A stretch of 64,000 nt of DNA from Octopus vulgaris (Eukaryota): assembly GCA_951406725.2 (NCBI GenBank), contig OX597815.1, positions 2,790,001 through 2,854,000 of the forward strand, read 5' to 3'. The notes beneath the pieces were generated by a model. The model was not told where the DNA came from and did no database searches. It worked only from the letters and a program-made list of their open reading frames with translations. The position numbers and the translations under genes were made by a program. Positions within the stretch are counted from its first letter, which is position 1, and every line of letters starts with the position of its first letter. Shown here in pieces: positions 61,391 to 64,000 of this stretch.

Positions 61391-61630
61391 CGTATGAGTG
61401 GCTTCCCAACCACATGGTTCTGGGTTCAGTCCCACTGCGTTACACCTTGAAAAAGTGTCTTCTGTTATAGCCGCTAACCGACCAAAGCCTTGTTAGTGGA
61501 TTTGTAGGCGGCAACTGAAAGAGGCCCGTCGTATATAGACTTCACCAGGTGGTGCTATTCATTTAGACATGGCCTGGGCCTATACAGGCCGAAACCTATC
61601 AAAGTTATTGAAGTTTTATACAAACACACA

Positions 61631-61673
<43 letters not shown>

Positions 61674-61775
61674 GTAATAAATCCAGAAAAGAAGAACAAA
61701 CACAAAAAAACAACAACGCGAGGACGTGATACATGTTAAATATTAGCAGGCGCTCAAAGAAGGAAAGAAAGATGG

Positions 61776-61809
61776 TTTAACGTTTCGAGTAGACGCTCTT
61801 CTTCGGAAA
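61776..61809 (-). ncRNA. Variant minimal hammerhead-like motif (CCGAAGA core)
   Basis: Minus strand UUU CCGAAGA A GAG(cgtcta)CUC GAAA CG UU AAA. Confidence 0.45.
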
Positions 61810-62264
61810 GTGAGGAAAGTCCGATAGAAAGGAAGACGGGGGGGGGGGGGCGATTGCCAACGATTTACATGTGGTTGCATTTTGAAATGACGAGGAGTGA
61901 ATGGGTGAAGAAAATGTTCTTTCTGAGACAGGAGAGTGTAAGAGAAGGAGGTATGGTGTCTGTATGGATTTGGCTGTTTATATGTGTATCTGTGAGTGAA
62001 GTTTGTGTCGCTTAATGCTGTAGGAAGAATTCAGCAGCATAGTAACAGGGGTGGCAGCCTTTTGCGTAGTTGTGTGTTTCTTCACATGTGCGTAGAGGAA
62101 TGGTCAGTAGAAAGGTGTTTGACTGGCAGTTTGAAGTATGTGTGTGCGTGTATGTACGTGTGTACGTGTATTTAGGGAGAGTTTACAAAAAGAACAAAAG
62201 ACGAAGACAGGTGGTGTACAAAACAAACGGATGTATTAGTATAACGTTCAAGAATAGAAAAAGT

Positions 62265-62300
62265 CTTTTAGGTTTCGAGCTTATGCTCTTCTACAGAAAG
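62265..62300 (-). ncRNA. Variant minimal hammerhead-like motif (CUGUAGA core), second copy of the 53885 family
   Basis: Minus strand CUUU CUGUAGA A GAGC auaa GCUC GAAA CC UA AAAG. Flanking 62175-62320 is homologous to 53860-54010. Confidence 0.45.
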
Positions 62301-62496
62301 AGACACAGAAAAAACAAGGAGTGTGTGTTTTGTGTGTAGTGTGTGCATGCGTCTGTGTGTGTGTGTATGTGTGTGTGTGTGTGTGCGTGTGTGTGTATTT
62401 ATGTGTGTGCTTATGGGGTTTTGTGTGGAGGTTGTGTGTATGGAGTATATGTGCGTTCCTCTATGTGTGTGTGCGTGCGTGCCTGTGTGAGCGATG

Positions 62497-62890
62497 AGAA
62501 GTGGAACGGTTATTGGAAGGTGGCTGCAGATTTACCAGGGTGCCAAGGATTCTTTCCCATCCTAGTTACGAAGAAACCGGACATTCTAATGCGGTGTGAA
62601 GGAAAGAAGGTTGTGAATCTAGTCGAGTTAATGTTTTCTCCTGAAGATAACATGGACACCGCTCGGGCTCGAAATATTGACCGTCATGTAAACCTGCACG
62701 AGGAATGTAGTGACGCAGGCTGGAAAGCGAGGTGTTTCCCAATCGAAGTCGGGTGTAGAGGATTCGTTGGACACAATGCTGAGGCGACTGTTGTTATAGT
62801 TGGTTAAAAAGAGACGATGAGCGATGGCTAGAAGAATATTGAGCTATATCTGATAACCAGTTGATCTAGCAAGCGGGGCCTCATTTCAGT
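62497..62890 (+). mobile_element. Hero-like (RLE-type) non-LTR retrotransposon 3' fragment
   Basis: WKVAADL..KPDI..KKVVNLVEL..PEDNMDTARARN..L.EEC..AGW..FPIEVGCRGF is a PD-(D/E)xK restriction-like endonuclease pattern. Confidence 0.8.
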
Positions 62891-63094
62891 GAGTGGGGCC
62901 GGTGCGCAATGATGCTGTCGTGAGGTAGGCCACGAAACGGTATGCATTCTCTCCTGATGACCCCACACACTCGCTGGCTTCCGGTATGCGGAGCTTTCGA
63001 CTGGTAACACTTGCATGTGCAAGTTGTTTGCAAAACATCTACATGGAAAGATGTATATAAAATGAGTGCGAGCCACTCCTTAAAGTTCATTTTC

Positions 63095-64000
63095 ATGTGA
63101 TAGTTACGTCAAAGCTATTTGTTATGCATTCGTTACGTCAAAATTATCTACTACGTCATTGTTACGTCAACGTTATCTGTTATGTTATAGTTACGTCAAA
63201 ACTATTTGTTACGCGGTAGTTACGTTACGTTAACGTCGTCTTTTGTGTAATAGTTATGGCAGTTATCAGTTAGATAATGGTCACGTTAAAATTGTGTATT
63301 AGTTACGTCAATGTTATCTGTTTTTTAATAGTTACAGCAAAGATATCTGTTATGTGATAGTTACGTCAAAGCTGTTTCTGATGCATTTGTTACATCACCG
63401 ATATCTGTTACGTGGTAATTACGTTAAGGTTATCTGTTGGCAGTTATCTCTTACATGCTATATATTCGCTACGTTGATGTTATCTGTTATCTAATAGCTA
63501 TTGCAACGTTATCTGTTACCCGTTATGTTATAGTTGCGCTAGTCATATCTTACGTAATACTTACGATGTGGAGGTGCACTGGCACAGTGGTTAGGGCAGC
63601 AGACTTGCGGTCTTAGGGTCGCGGTTTCGATTCCCAGCCCGGGCACTGTGAGTATTTATTGAGCGAAAACACCTAATGTTCCACGAGTCTCCGGCAGTGG
63701 GGTAGCGGCGAACCCTGCAGTGCACTTCCAACACAACTTTCTCTCACTCTTTCTTTGTTGTACCTGTATTTCAAAGGGACCAGCCTTGTCACACTCTGTG
63801 TCACACTGAATTTCCCCCGAGAACTATGTTAAGGGTACACGTAGCTGCGGAGTGCTCAGTCACTTGCACGTTAATTTCACGAGCAGGCTGTTCCGTTGAT
63901 TGGATTAACTGGAACCCTCGTCGTCGTAACCGGCGGAGTGCCTCGAATAGTTACGATAAAGTTATGTAATAGTTAGTCAAACTCACTCGTAATGCAATAG
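63095..64000. repeat. Degenerate ~29-bp satellite (TAGTTACGTCAAAGTTATCTGTTATG), interrupted by a SINE
   Basis: Recurrent GTTACGTCAA and TATCTGTTA at 63095-63566 and again after 63945. Confidence 0.8.
63569..63943 (+). mobile_element. Chimeric SINE: family D head and body plus family E 3' half
   Basis: 63569-63760 aligns with 51473-51660; 63760-63943 aligns with 19100-19282. Confidence 0.85.

Overview
Eukaryotic, AT-rich, very repeat-dense DNA. The SINE families and (TA)n/(CA)n/(AAT)n content look like an octopus or other coleoid cephalopod genome (my inference, not verified). The only host protein-coding sequence I can support is the large first coding exon of a rapsyn (RAPSN-like, acetylcholine-receptor clustering) gene on the minus strand (28148-27213). 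Everything to its left is probably one intron of more than 27 kb, and everything to its right is 5' UTR, promoter or intergenic DNA. The rest is a dense set of mobile elements: at least six tRNA-SINE or SINE-like families; LINE remnants of the RTE, Tx1/L1, CR1, CRE, Hero, R2/NeSL-like and RNase H-bearing clades; five mariner remnants; Merlin, hAT and piggyBac-type MITEs; two Helitrons; and a solo-LTR-like insert. The most interesting signal is a set of Penelope-type minimal hammerhead ribozyme motifs. One sits inside a tRNA-headed (Pol III promoter) SINE present in three copies, and one copy has the inverted 5' duplication typical of Penelope-like insertions, suggesting a ribozyme-bearing SINE mobilised by Penelope machinery. 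Several long palindromes or foldbacks (including a near-perfect 217-bp, zero-spacer palindrome), SINE-LINE tail pairs and a multi-level nested insertion are also reported. Most ORF-track entries are artefacts of repeats. All alignments were done by eye; element boundaries are approximate unless a TSD or TIR is quoted.
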